Source: an uncultured Nitrospiraceae bacterium (GTDB lineage: Bacteria; Nitrospirota; Nitrospiria; Nitrospirales; Nitrospiraceae). Taken from it: 64,000 nucleotides of DNA. The DNA is taken from assembly GCA_963795615.1 (NCBI GenBank), contig CAWCIJ010000014.1, positions 264,275-328,274 of the forward strand, given 5' to 3'. This document shows, one piece after another, positions 1-8,700 of this stretch (position 1 is the first letter of the stretch; the number at the start of each line of letters is the position of its first letter). The position numbers and the translations under genes are program-made. The notes under the pieces are model-generated. The model was not told the origin of the DNA. It saw only the letters and a list, made by a program, of their open reading frames with translations, and did no database searches.

Positions 1-585
1 TCCGGCGGCCTGACGAAAGCCGTACAAGGTTTTCCAGCTCTTCCGTACGTGGCCGAAGAGATCAGTCACATCCACTCCCTCTTCAAAGGCGGGCAACTTC
101 TCGACAAGGAGTTTGTGGCCTCGCGGCTCGAAGGAGAGCTGAAGGATGGCGGATACAGTATTCTGCATATCGCGACGCATGGCCAATTTACCACGGAGGT
201 AAAGGAATCATTTCTCCTGACGTTCGACGATAGGTTGACCGTCTCAGACTTGGAACAGCTCGTCGGGCTATTTCGATTCCGCCGGGATCCCCTGGAACTG
301 TTGACCCTCAGCGCCTGTCAGACCGGCACGGGAGATGACCGCGCCGCCCTCGGGCTGGCAGGCATCGCCGTCAAGGCAGGGGCACGCAGCGCACTTGCGA
401 CGTTGTGGTACATCAACGACGAAGCCTCGGCGGAATTGGTATCCGAGTTTTATCGTCAATTGCATGACACATCGATTTCCAAGGCACGCGCATTGCAGCT
501 TGCACAGCTCAAATTGTTGTCGGAGAGAGTGTATGAACATCCGGCTTTTTGGTCAGCCTTTCTGTTATTGAACAATTGGCTGTAA
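1..585 (+). CDS. CHAT-domain (caspase-like protease fold) protein, C-terminal part; 5' end outside the window
   Basis: The frame is open from nt 1 (SGGLTKAVQGFPALPYVAEE...) into ORF 49..585. It has His/Cys dyad-type motifs ILHIATHG and LSACQTG and a C-terminal AFWSAFLL typical of CHAT domains. Confidence 0.85.
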   Translation, partial: SGGLTKAVQGFPALPYVAEEISHIHSLFKGGQLLDKEFVASRLEGELKDGGYSILHIATHGQFTTEVKESFLLTFDDRLTVSDLEQLVGLFRFRRDPLELLTLSACQTGTGDDRAALGLAGIAVKAGARSALATLWYINDEASAELVSEFYRQLHDTSISKARALQLAQLKLLSERVYEHPAFWSAFLLLNNWL

Positions 586-609
586 TTTCAACCGGAGCAG
601 GAGAGTCTC

Positions 610-1341
610 ATGAAGACCCGAACGCACCGTCCAGTCCTTTGGAAAATGGCAGGAATGATCCTGCTCGCCTGGTTGCTTGTAGGGACCAGCGAGGCACTGA
701 GCGACGATACCTTGCAGATGCCGACTTATAACGCGCCACAAAATATCACGCCCAGGGCTCGTCTGGGAGGAAGCCTACGGGGCAGCGACGGGGATGATCC
801 GATTGTAGCCGCTCTGGTCCCTGATCATGTGGGGATCACCGTGCGGCAGCATCCTGAGCTGAATTGGTTTCTTTCGAAGCACACGACGTTGCCCATCAGA
901 TTCACGCTCATCGATGAACGTGCGATCCGCGCGCTGATCGAACAATCGATCACGCCTCCCAATCAGGCCGGCGTCCATGTCATCAAGCTCGGGGATGTCG
1001 GCTTCGAGCTTCAACCCAACGTCCAATACCGATGGTATATCTCGATCATCAAAGATAAGGAATCTCCATCACGTGACATCGTCACCGGTGGAATCATAGA
1101 GCGCTGTGAGTTCAACGAATGTCTGGTCCTGGATGCGACGACGACATGCAGTCGCGAGGCCGTGATGGCAAGTGCCGCGAAGGGATTCTGGTATGATGCG
1201 ATGGCCTGTTTATGCGATCTGATCGACTCCAATCCGGCGGACACGGGCCTACGCAAACAGCGGGCGGCCTTGCTCAAGCAAGTCGGACTGCATGAAGTGG
1301 CCGAGTGGGATCTCGCGCGATCACAAGCGTTCAGCCGTTAA
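610..1341 (+). CDS. DUF928-family secreted protein
   Basis: GGAGA lies 5 nt upstream of the ATG and there is an N-terminal signal peptide. Motifs PRARLGGSLRG, ALVPDHVGIT, YRWY and GFWYDA match my recollection of DUF928. The gene sits directly downstream of the CHAT gene, as is usual for this family. Confidence 0.7.
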   Translation: MKTRTHRPVLWKMAGMILLAWLLVGTSEALSDDTLQMPTYNAPQNITPRARLGGSLRGSDGDDPIVAALVPDHVGITVRQHPELNWFLSKHTTLPIRFTLIDERAIRALIEQSITPPNQAGVHVIKLGDVGFELQPNVQYRWYISIIKDKESPSRDIVTGGIIERCEFNECLVLDATTTCSREAVMASAAKGFWYDAMACLCDLIDSNPADTGLRKQRAALLKQVGLHEVAEWDLARSQAFSR

Positions 1342-1390
1342 CCGGATGCTGGAGGGTACTTGAGACCCTGATCCACGCGTGGGGTTGAAT

Positions 1391-2113
1391 ATGAAGGTCA
1401 TACTGCTCTGTACTCTTGCCATTGTGTGCGCCATCACCGTGCCGGCCTTGATCTGGCCGCCGTTCACGTTTCTGAAAAGTTATGCTGAAACTCTGGTCGC
1501 CGCTGCCGACCTGCCCATGCCTGTGTACAAGCCAAGGAAGCACGATTCACCTCGCGCCCGTATTGGAGGACACACCCGTGGAGCCCAGACCGACACTCCG
1601 GTTCTGATCGCATTGGTGCCGGATCATGTCGGCTTTACGATCAAGAACGATCCTTCACTCTGCTGGTACCTTTCTCAGCAGACCTCCAAACCGGTCATGT
1701 TCACGGTGGTGGATTCTCGCGGGATTCGTCCAATCCTGGAGCAATCTCTTCCCACGCCGGTTCGGGCCGGGATCCATTGCGTGCGGCTCCGGGATTATGG
1801 AGTGGACCTGAAGGCGCAGGAACCATATCGGTGGTTTGTCACACTGATTCTGAATCCGAACGTACCTTCACAAGACATTGTCGCAGGCGGAACGATCGAA
1901 CGGATTCCCTTTGATGAAGCCTGCACCCTTGATATGCCATGCTCCTGGGGAGCGTGTGAGCGCGAGGCGATTTATCGGTATGCCGATTCCGGATTGTGGT
2001 ACGACGCGGTTTCTTGCTTGGTTGAACTGATCGAACACGACCAAGACAAGGACACGTTCCACAAAATGCTCGACCACCTGTTGAAGCAGTCGGGGGTTTA
2101 CCTACCGACCTAG
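1391..2113 (+). CDS. DUF928-family secreted protein (tandem paralogue)
   Basis: Same motif order as the preceding gene (PRARIGGHTRG, ALVPDHVGFT, YRWF, GLWYDA). I chose the ATG at 1391 (MKVILLCTLA... signal peptide) instead of the GTG at 1379. Confidence 0.7.
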   Translation: MKVILLCTLAIVCAITVPALIWPPFTFLKSYAETLVAAADLPMPVYKPRKHDSPRARIGGHTRGAQTDTPVLIALVPDHVGFTIKNDPSLCWYLSQQTSKPVMFTVVDSRGIRPILEQSLPTPVRAGIHCVRLRDYGVDLKAQEPYRWFVTLILNPNVPSQDIVAGGTIERIPFDEACTLDMPCSWGACEREAIYRYADSGLWYDAVSCLVELIEHDQDKDTFHKMLDHLLKQSGVYLPT

Positions 2114-2360
2114 CGCATCGATCTCGGTATCCAATTGGATACGACTAGAATCCATTTCGATACACATCCTCTCCGACCTTCCAATCCTTCCAATGACCGC
2201 TCCATCTATTTTTGCCTGAAAATTTGGACCTTCCTCGATCGGTCTCGCATATCTTCCGCCTGTGCTCGATGGCACAACAGTTGCTGCCACTATGCGTTCA
2301 GGGAGATAGCTTCACTGACTGATCGAGGGAGACTCTGTCAGGGGTGTCAAGGAGGCCAGT

Positions 2361-2543
2361 ATGGAACTCGTGATCTGGGGACTTCTCATTGGAATGGTGG
2401 GCATGGTCTGGTTTCTTGCTGCCGCAGTCCTGATGGAGAGGGAACCTCATGCCGAGGAGCATGATCCTCCGAAGGACGATCCGCAGCAGCACGACCACGC
2501 CCCCACATCCGTAACGCACAACCAAACGCGGGTGGCAGCGTAA
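2361..2543 (+). CDS. small single-pass membrane protein, unknown function
   Basis: A strong Shine-Dalgarno AAGGAGG (2349-2355) lies 5 nt before the ATG. One hydrophobic helix (LVIWGLLIGMVGMVWFLAAAVL) is followed by an acidic/His-rich tail. Confidence 0.45.
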   Translation: MELVIWGLLIGMVGMVWFLAAAVLMEREPHAEEHDPPKDDPQQHDHAPTSVTHNQTRVAA

Positions 2544-2606
2544 TCGTACTGACTGTACGTGATCATTCTTTATGGTTGTCCTGTTACAAACGGAAGGAGA
2601 CGTGCG

Positions 2607-2915
2607 ATGAGACGGCTCGTCTTCATGAGATCCTATAAACGTCAGCGTATGACGGTTAGCCTACCGGAAGACACTCTTGAACGGATGCGGGATGCCGCGT
2701 ATTGGACACCAGGTTCGACCATGGCCAAGATGATCGCCACGGCATTGGAAGCCTATCTGAAGGGTTTGGAATTGCAGAACGGTCGTCCCTTTGCGCCACG
2801 CCTTGGTGCCCTCAGGCCGGGTCGGCCGCGACTAAACAGGAAATCACCCACCACTGTATCCGATGCCGATGTATCCGATGAAATACAGAGTGTATCTTCC
2901 CAGATACTAGCCTGA
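2607..2915 (+). CDS. ribbon-helix-helix (CopG/Arc/MetJ-like) DNA-binding protein
   Basis: MTVSLPEDTLERMRDAAYWTPGSTMAKMIATALEAYL has the beta-strand/helix/helix pattern of RHH proteins. The start is set at ATG 2607 because GGAAGGAGA (2592-2600) precedes it; ATG 2649 is an alternative. Confidence 0.55.
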   Translation: MRRLVFMRSYKRQRMTVSLPEDTLERMRDAAYWTPGSTMAKMIATALEAYLKGLELQNGRPFAPRLGALRPGRPRLNRKSPTTVSDADVSDEIQSVSSQILA

Positions 2916-3325
2916 CTGTACCCTTTTCATTCTTCCCCATTACGCTCAGGTAACCTGGAGGATTTTCCTATGGAAATCCAACAGGTCGTTTTGCGCATTT
3001 CGGTCAATTACAAGCATAACTTTTGCTTTGTGACTCTCCAGCTTACGCGGTGATCTTTACGTCCATTCTCTAGACGGAACATGCGAGGCGGTAGGATCCA
3101 TGAAGACTCGGTCCACGGTCCAGCCATCCGCCCGCATTGGCTCGCCCAGGTTTAACCCGATCAACCCCATCTGTAGGCGATTGGCCCCAAGCTACCATTC
3201 TCTCTCTCATGCTTCGCCTTGCGAGACCGTGTTTGTCGCGTTGAAGCCCGATGAGCCAAGATGACCATTGTCCGGCAGGGGATTGCCACGGCATGGCCAT
3301 CCGAGGTTGGGGACAGCCCGACAAG

Positions 3326-3487
3326 TATAATGAGGTGCGCGAGGCGACGAAGAAGTCGCCTCAAGCCTGCGCACGGGCGCGAGACGGTGAGCGCCCAGTG
3401 TCTTAGGTTTGTGGACGGCCCGCGAGTGGTGAGCCGGCCGTGTCTTGTGAGCGCCCAGTGTCTTCGTGAGCGGGCCGTGTCTTCAAC
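3326..3487 (-). repeat. family-B hairpin-module repeat (inverted orientation)
   Basis: Contains GAGACGGTGAGCGCCCAGTGTCTT-type modules (reverse complement of AAGACACTGGGCGCTCACCGTCTC). The block ATAATGAGGTGCGCGAGGCGACGAAGAAGTCGCCTCAAG is nearly identical to 53405-53443. Confidence 0.8.
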
Positions 3488-3490
3488 TTT

Positions 3491-3514
3491 CCCTTCTCCC
3501 CTGGGGGAGAAGGG
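3491..3514. repeat. CCCTTCTCCCC/GGGGAGAAGGG palindrome (pyrimidine arm/purine arm hairpin family)
   Basis: Near-perfect palindrome about 80 nt downstream of the stop of the minus-strand toxin gene. Related copies are at 4162-4180, 4564-4582, 37505-37560 and 56418-56439. Confidence 0.7.
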
Positions 3515-3594
3515 AAGGATGAGGGAAGGGAAACAACGGATCTTGAGTTTGAGAAATCAGGTAGACGCAACCATCTGCAATGAACCAAGTCTCA

Positions 3595-3873
3595 TCATCT
3601 AAACATATCGTAGTCGTAGATCGAATGATGATGTCCGATGTACCGGAGTTCAGCTTGGTTCGGACCGACAAACTTGAAGATCACCCGGTACGCTCGGTCC
3701 ACTCGAAAGCTCCACACCTCATGATGTTTGGGGTGCAGCTTTTCCGTATGCAAGGATGGGTGAAAAGGGTTGCGCTTGAACAGGTCCGTTTTGGAAGCAG
3801 CTTTTCGTCGAATGGGTGTGTGCAGCTTGTCAAACAGGCGATCAAAGGTCGCGGTCGTCGAAATCTCGATCAT
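3595..3873 (-). CDS. type II toxin, RelE/ParE superfamily (YafQ/HigB-like mRNA interferase)
   Basis: 92 aa; ...HPSLHTEKLHPKHHEVWSFRVDRAYRVIFKFVG...ELRYIGHH is the typical RelE/ParE-fold C-terminal pattern. A small partner gene lies 6 nt upstream. Confidence 0.75.
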   Translation of the reverse strand: MIEISTTATFDRLFDKLHTPIRRKAASKTDLFKRNPFHPSLHTEKLHPKHHEVWSFRVDRAYRVIFKFVGPNQAELRYIGHHHSIYDYDMFR

Positions 3874-3879
3874 GACCGG

Positions 3880-4083
3880 CTATTTGATCAGTTCGCGCAG
3901 GGACTTCCGTTTGGTGACTCGACCAGTCCGATGATCTCGCTCCGAAGCATCGAGGGCGTCGAGAAATTCCGGCCGGTACAGTCCGATAGAATCACAGAAG
4001 GCCTCAAAGTTTTCCTTCGTGATCTCAATATGGAGGCTCTTCCGTGTTCGCTTTGTAATCCTGGCCGCAAGCGCGTCTGTCAT
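3880..4083 (-). CDS. cognate antitoxin (small, unclassified)
   Basis: 67-aa ORF immediately upstream of the toxin on the same strand. ATG 4083 was chosen; the ORF track start 4119 is possible. Confidence 0.6.
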   Translation of the reverse strand: MTDALAARITKRTRKSLHIEITKENFEAFCDSIGLYRPEFLDALDASERDHRTGRVTKRKSLRELIK

Positions 4084-4156
4084 GGGTTTGCTCCCTCGGT
4101 AATTTTGTATCAAGGACACAGCTGCATACGAAAGTCAAATGCCACAAAGAAATGCC

Positions 4157-4190
4157 GTCCCTTCTCCCCTGAGGGGAGAACGCAGGACCG
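4157..4190 (+). repeat. 34-nt direct repeat, left copy (GTCCCTTCTCCCCTGAGGGGAGAACGCAGGACCG)
   Basis: Identical to 4559-4592 except for one base. Contains the hairpin TTCTCCCC-TGA-GGGGAGAA. Confidence 0.9.
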
Positions 4191-4558
4191 GGGGCGTCAC
4201 CTCCGACGTGAGCAGACCGCTGCGGAACGAACGCTCTGGCACGCCCTCCATTCACGACAGCTCAGTGGACTCAAGTCTCGACGGCAACATCATATTGGGT
4301 CATACTTCGTCGTTGTCCGTTGCCTGGAACTCAAACCGGCTATCGAGTTGGATGGCGGACAGCACGCGTTGCAGACGGACGTAGGTGCACGTCGATCGCA
4401 TTCGTTAGCTCAAGAGGGGTGTCGGGTCCTCCGTTTCTGGAATCACGAGGCGTTGATGAATCTTGAAGGGGTTCTGCACCGCATTGCCGAGTCGGCAGGG
4501 GCGCCCCTCACCCAGCCCTCTCCCCAGGAGTGGCGAGGGAGGAATAGGTCTTCAACCC

Positions 4559-4592
4559 GTCCCTTCTCCCCTGAGGGGAGAAAGCAGGACCG
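4559..4592 (+). repeat. 34-nt direct repeat, right copy
   Basis: GTCCCTTCTCCCCTGAGGGGAGAAAGCAGGACCG. Together with 4157-4190 it brackets the DUF559 domain coding region. Confidence 0.9.
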
Positions 4593-4679
4593 AGCGCGTC
4601 GCCCAGAAAAGCCGTGTTCCCGTTTGCCCAATCATGCTCGGGGACAAACACCCGGCTGATGATGAGGCCAGACGCTTGT

Positions 4680-4712
4680 GAATTCTGAGTGCTGAATGAT
4701 GAATGCTGAGTT
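4680..4712 (+). repeat. 33-nt direct repeat, left copy (GAATTCTGAGTGCTGAATGATGAATGCTGAGTT)
   Basis: Exact copy at 5496-5528. The two copies bracket the vapBC operon. Confidence 0.9.
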
Positions 4713-4743
4713 TAGAAGAGCCGCAGATGTGATGATTGCAACC

Positions 4744-5166
4744 TTAGTCCCAGCAGACGAGATGAAAAGACAGATGGCGATGGATAACTTGAAAATCGGT
4801 TTTGTTGCAGGTGATCAGAGCAGCGCCAATGCTGCGTGCCGACAGTGCAATCAAAACATCCATGGCCAAGTCGCGCACCTTGGAACGGTCGAAGTGGTCG
4901 CGCTTCCTCATCGCGTTCAGAATTTCCGCAGCCTGAATCCAGTGAGCTTCAGTAGGAGTAAGGACGTGGCACCGATCCATCAAGTCCGTCACAAACCGTT
5001 GTTCAATCCCCGGTCTCGCGCCACGAAGGAGTTCGTGAAGCACGACCGCCGAGCAGCGCATGACGAACTGAGATTGGAGAATCCGAAAGGCGAAACGCCC
5101 GGTTCTGAAGTTTTCAATGTAAACCGAGGTATCCAGAATGCCGAACTTAACTGTGCTTGAAGGCAT
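4744..5166 (-). CDS. vapC: PIN-domain toxin VapC
   Basis: 140 aa; N-terminal ILDTSVYIE (PIN Asp), then ...LHELLRG..., ...DVLIALSA... and ...LITCNKTDF, as in VapC. It overlaps the upstream antitoxin gene by 20 nt. Confidence 0.85.
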   Translation of the reverse strand: MPSSTVKFGILDTSVYIENFRTGRFAFRILQSQFVMRCSAVVLHELLRGARPGIEQRFVTDLMDRCHVLTPTEAHWIQAAEILNAMRKRDHFDRSKVRDLAMDVLIALSARSIGAALITCNKTDFQVIHRHLSFHLVCWD

Positions 5167-5338
5167 CAGGCTTCCCGACGCCGCTGTACCGTTGGATCAC
5201 CCAATCGTGCGCGGCCTTCTCGGTGACCAGGTCCAGAGCCTTTTGAAGAGTCTCGCTCGTCGTCTTGGTGCCGAGAGCTTTCTTGGCGCGCTTCAGCTGG
5301 GACGGATTCAATCGGGCAGATACCTGAACGAGTGCCAT
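5147..5338 (-). CDS. vapB: VapB-type antitoxin
   Basis: 63 aa from ATG 5338 (MALVQVSARLNPSQLKRAKKALGTKTTSETLQKALDLV...). The longer ORF-track version (to 5590) runs through repeat sequence. Confidence 0.7.
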   Translation of the reverse strand: MALVQVSARLNPSQLKRAKKALGTKTTSETLQKALDLVTEKAAHDWVIQRYSGVGKPDAFKHS

Positions 5339-5495
5339 AACGCAACCTCCTGTCGGACAGAATACATGGGTTGTAGGACGGGGGTCAACTCCGCACGTTC
5401 GGAACGGAGAGTTCTGTGAAGTTGCGAGGTATGAGTGTTGAGTCGAACCGACATGGTCATTCGGTGCTGGCCGCAATGATGAAGTTATGAATTCT

Positions 5496-5528
5496 GAATT
5501 CTGAGTGCTGAATGATGAATGCTGAGTT
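5496..5528 (+). repeat. 33-nt direct repeat, right copy
   Basis: Exact match to 4680-4712. Related inverted low-complexity copies (CTCAGAACTCAGCACTCAGAA) are at 5735-5768, and related copies are at 24267-24321 and 44575-44615. Confidence 0.9.
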
Positions 5529-5786
5529 GAAAAGGGCGGGGCATCCCGTGCCGGCGGCTGTATTGACGGTCGGTTTGACCGCCTCGGCATGGGCCGAATC
5601 GCCTGTACCCGAGCGGCCCAAGTCCGATCAACATCCGGAGTCCATCTCGCTGGGGAAGGACTGCGAAGACCTGCTGAACATTCTCAACAGTATCATCCTG
5701 ACAACTCGTCGAAATTCGATCTCCTCCAATCCACACTCAAGACTCAGAACTCAGCACTCAGAACTTCTTGAGGACGGAGGTTCACC

Positions 5787-8700
5787 ATGAATCAGGCTAC
5801 ATTGGAATACGCGGTGCTGGTCGTCGATGACGATCCCGATATCGTACTCGGCCTGCAAGACCTACTCGACCATGACGGCTACCAGGTCGGTATCGCACGG
5901 ACCTGCGCGGAAGCCATCTCGCTCGCGCGCCGGCACCACTACAATGCCGTCTTGTTGGATCTGGGATTGCCCGATGGAGACGGGTCTGGCGTTCTCCATA
6001 CGCTCCTCGAATTGCATCCCAGCTTGCCGGTCATCATCCTGACGGCCTATACGGCAACGGAACGCACGATCGGGTCGCTGACGCAGGGCGCATTTGCCTA
6101 TCTCACGAAGCCTTACAACCGGGACGAGTTACGTGCCGTTCTCCGCCGCGCCGTCGGCGTGCAAGCCTTGGCTGCGCAGGTCCAACATGCCGAACTTGCC
6201 CTCGATGAGAGCGAAGAACGGTTCCGTACGCTCGTGGAATCGGCCACGGATGCCATCGTGCTGGCGGACGAACAGGGCAAAATCATGTCCTGGAACAAGG
6301 CCGCCAACAGACTCTTCGGCTACAGGATGGAGGAAGTGCAGGGATGCCTCCTCACTATGCTGATGCCGGTCCGATACCGGGAGGCGCACGAACAAGGGTT
6401 TCGCCGCCTTCAAGCGACCGGCGAGTCCAAACTCATCGGCCATCTGATCGCCGTGGAGGGATTGCGAAAGGATGGTACCGAATTTCCGTTGGAGTTGTCG
6501 CTTGCCGCGTGGAAGTCGCGCGGCCGGTCGTTCTACAGCGGCATCATCCGCGACATTACCGCACGACGGCGCTCCGAAGAAGCGCTCGATCGCTTGCAGA
6601 GGCAACATGCCTTGATCCTAACGCAGGCGGGGGAAGGCATTTACGGACTGGACCGGCTCGGCCGTTCCACCTTCGTCAATACAGCCGCCTCGACATTGCT
6701 CGGCTATGACACAGACGAACTGCTCGGACGGTCCATGCACCGGGTCTTGCATCACACGCGGGTAGACGGGACGCCCTACCCTCCCGAGAACTGTCCCATC
6801 CATGCCTCCATTCACGATGGTCGGGTGCACCGTGGCACCCGCGAGGTGTTCTGGAAGAAAGATGGCACCAGCTTTCCAGTGGAGTACGTCAGCACGCCGA
6901 TCAGAGAAGGCGACAGTGTCGTGGGTGCGGTCGTGGTGTTTCGCGATGTGTCTGATCGTACGCGCGCGGAAGCGGCCCTGGAATATACGGAGCAACGGTT
7001 TCGCTCCCTGGTCGCCAATATTCCGGGAGCCGTGTACCGGTGTGCCTGCGATACCGACTGGACCATGCAGTTTCTCAGCGAGGCCATTGTGAACATCTCC
7101 GGCTATCCCGCCTCCGATTTTATCGACAATCTGGTCCGATCATACGCGAGTGTGATTCATCCGGAAGACCGCTTGCTGGTGCAGGAGGTTGTCGGCAAGG
7201 CGGTCCTTGCCAAGCGGTCATACGAGCTCGAGTACCGACTGGTGCGTCCGACGGGAGAAGCCTGTTGGGTGTATGAGATGGGGCAAGGCATCTTTTCCGA
7301 GGACGGTCGCCTGCGTTGGTTGGACGGGGTGATCTTCGACATCACCGGACGGAAACTGGCCGACGAGGCACTCCATCAGAGTGAAACCCGGTATCGCGTC
7401 CTGTTCGACGATAATCCCTCGATGTACTTTATGGTGGATGCCCAGGGAAGCGTCCTGTCGGTCAACCGATTTGGTTCCGAACGATTGGGCTATCGGGAAG
7501 ACGAATTGATCGGTCAGAACGTGTTGAACGTATTTCACCCGCTGGACCGGGACGCGGTCCGCTCGAACCTGGATACTTGTCTTGCAGAACCAGGGATCCC
7601 GATGAGCTGGGAACTGCGCAAGGTGCGTAAAGACGGCACGGTGCTTTGGGTACGAGAGACCGCCCAGGCGGTCCGCAATGACAAGGAGATACCTGTCGTT
7701 CTGATCGTCTGTGAAGACATTACCCTCATCAAAGAGGCAGAGCGGGCATTACGGAGCAGCGAAGAGTTCAAGAACCAAATCCTGCGGAGCAGCGCTGACT
7801 GTATCAAGGTTCTGGATCGCGAGGGACGCCTCCAGTACGTGAACGAGGCCGGCCTGGCCCTACTGGAGATCCGCGATCCTGCCACGCTCATGAATAGACC
7901 CTGGATATCGTTCTGGAAGGGGGACGATCGCGAAGCTGCCTCTGCCGCCCTGTCCGCGGCCAACGCCGGTGAGATCGGAAAGTTTGTCGGATACTGCGCC
8001 ACCTCCACCGGTCACCCCAAATGGTGGGATGTGCAGGTCACGCCGATGGTCGGCGCCGCCGATCCTTCGCGGCATCTTCTGGTCATCTCGCGCGATATCA
8101 CGGAGTACAGACGGGTCCAGGAGGCTTTACACGCCAGCGAGGAACGACTGGAACTTGTCATTCATGGCTCCAATGACGGCTTCTGGGACGGCCGCGTGCT
8201 TCCAAACGAACCTTGGCATTCGCCGCGCACGCCTATCTGGTGGTCTCCCCGCATACGAGAGATGCTCGGTGTGACCGAGGCGGAGTTTCCGGATGTCCTG
8301 GAAAGTTGGCTCTCCCGGCTGCATCCCGAAGACAAGGACCACACGTTTGCCGCCCTGGAAGCGCACATCGAGCGCCGCGTTCCGTATGACCATGAGTACC
8401 GGCTGCTGACGAAACAAGGAGAATACCGGTGGTTCCGCGCTCGCGGGCAGGGCATCTGGGACGAGCAGGGCCGACTGACTCGCATGGCCGGTTCCCTGCA
8501 GTGCGTCGCAGACCTTAAACATGCAGAAGACGCGTCACGTCGCAACGAGCAGCTCTTGAACTCCATCATCAACAGTTCGAGAGCGGTCATTTACGCAAAA
8601 GATCTACAAGGCAAATATCTGCTCATCAATTCACGGTTTGAACAGCTCTTCAATCTCACCCTCGAGGAGGCGCGGAATAAAACACCTCACGACATCTTCC

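Larger units (their letters stand above)
4139..4659 (+). pseudogene. DUF559 (Vsr-like endonuclease domain) gene, apparently frameshifted/degenerate
   Basis: The frame of ORF 3580..4659 reads LRREQTAAERTLWHALHSRQLSGLK.RRQHHIGSYFVVVRCLELKPAIELDGGQH...GCRVLRFWNHEALMNLEGVL, the DUF559 signature. It has no start codon in frame. The only ATG (4139) is in another frame (MPQRNAVPSPLRGERRTGG..., the usual hairpin-encoded N-terminus of such genes). The usual IVDF motif reads FVVV. Confidence 0.5.

Noticed and set aside
2916-3325. About 400 bp of unannotated, partly AT-rich sequence after the RHH gene; I considered a tRNA/att site, riboswitch, group II intron fragment or integrase relic
   Set aside because: I found no tRNA-like T-arm or acceptor, no B12/SAM/TPP-type conserved boxes, no intron domain-5-like hairpin and no recognisable protein frame. 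It remains unexplained rather than positively identified.
3580-4659. 359-aa ORF on the plus strand
   Set aside because: The first two thirds overlap the RelE-like toxin and antitoxin genes on the other strand and look non-protein-like. Only the 3' third (DUF559 signature) is meaningful, and it is reported separately as a probable pseudogene.
2900-5600. Chromosomal integron cassette array (small TA cassettes separated by repeats)
   Set aside because: No intI integrase or attI is in the window. The bracketing repeats are short direct repeats without the R''/L''...L'/R' (RYYYAAC...GTTRRRY) organisation of attC sites. Cassette orientations are mixed.
5512-5790. 92-aa ORF ending in ATGA overlap with the REC-PAS gene; the middle part resembles a signal peptide (VLTVGLTASAWA)
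   Set aside because: Both its N-terminus (MMNAELKR) and C-terminus (RLRTQHSEL) are encoded by the low-complexity CTGAGT-type repeats. No SD was seen. I cannot distinguish it from a chance frame, so I keep it only as a weak possibility.
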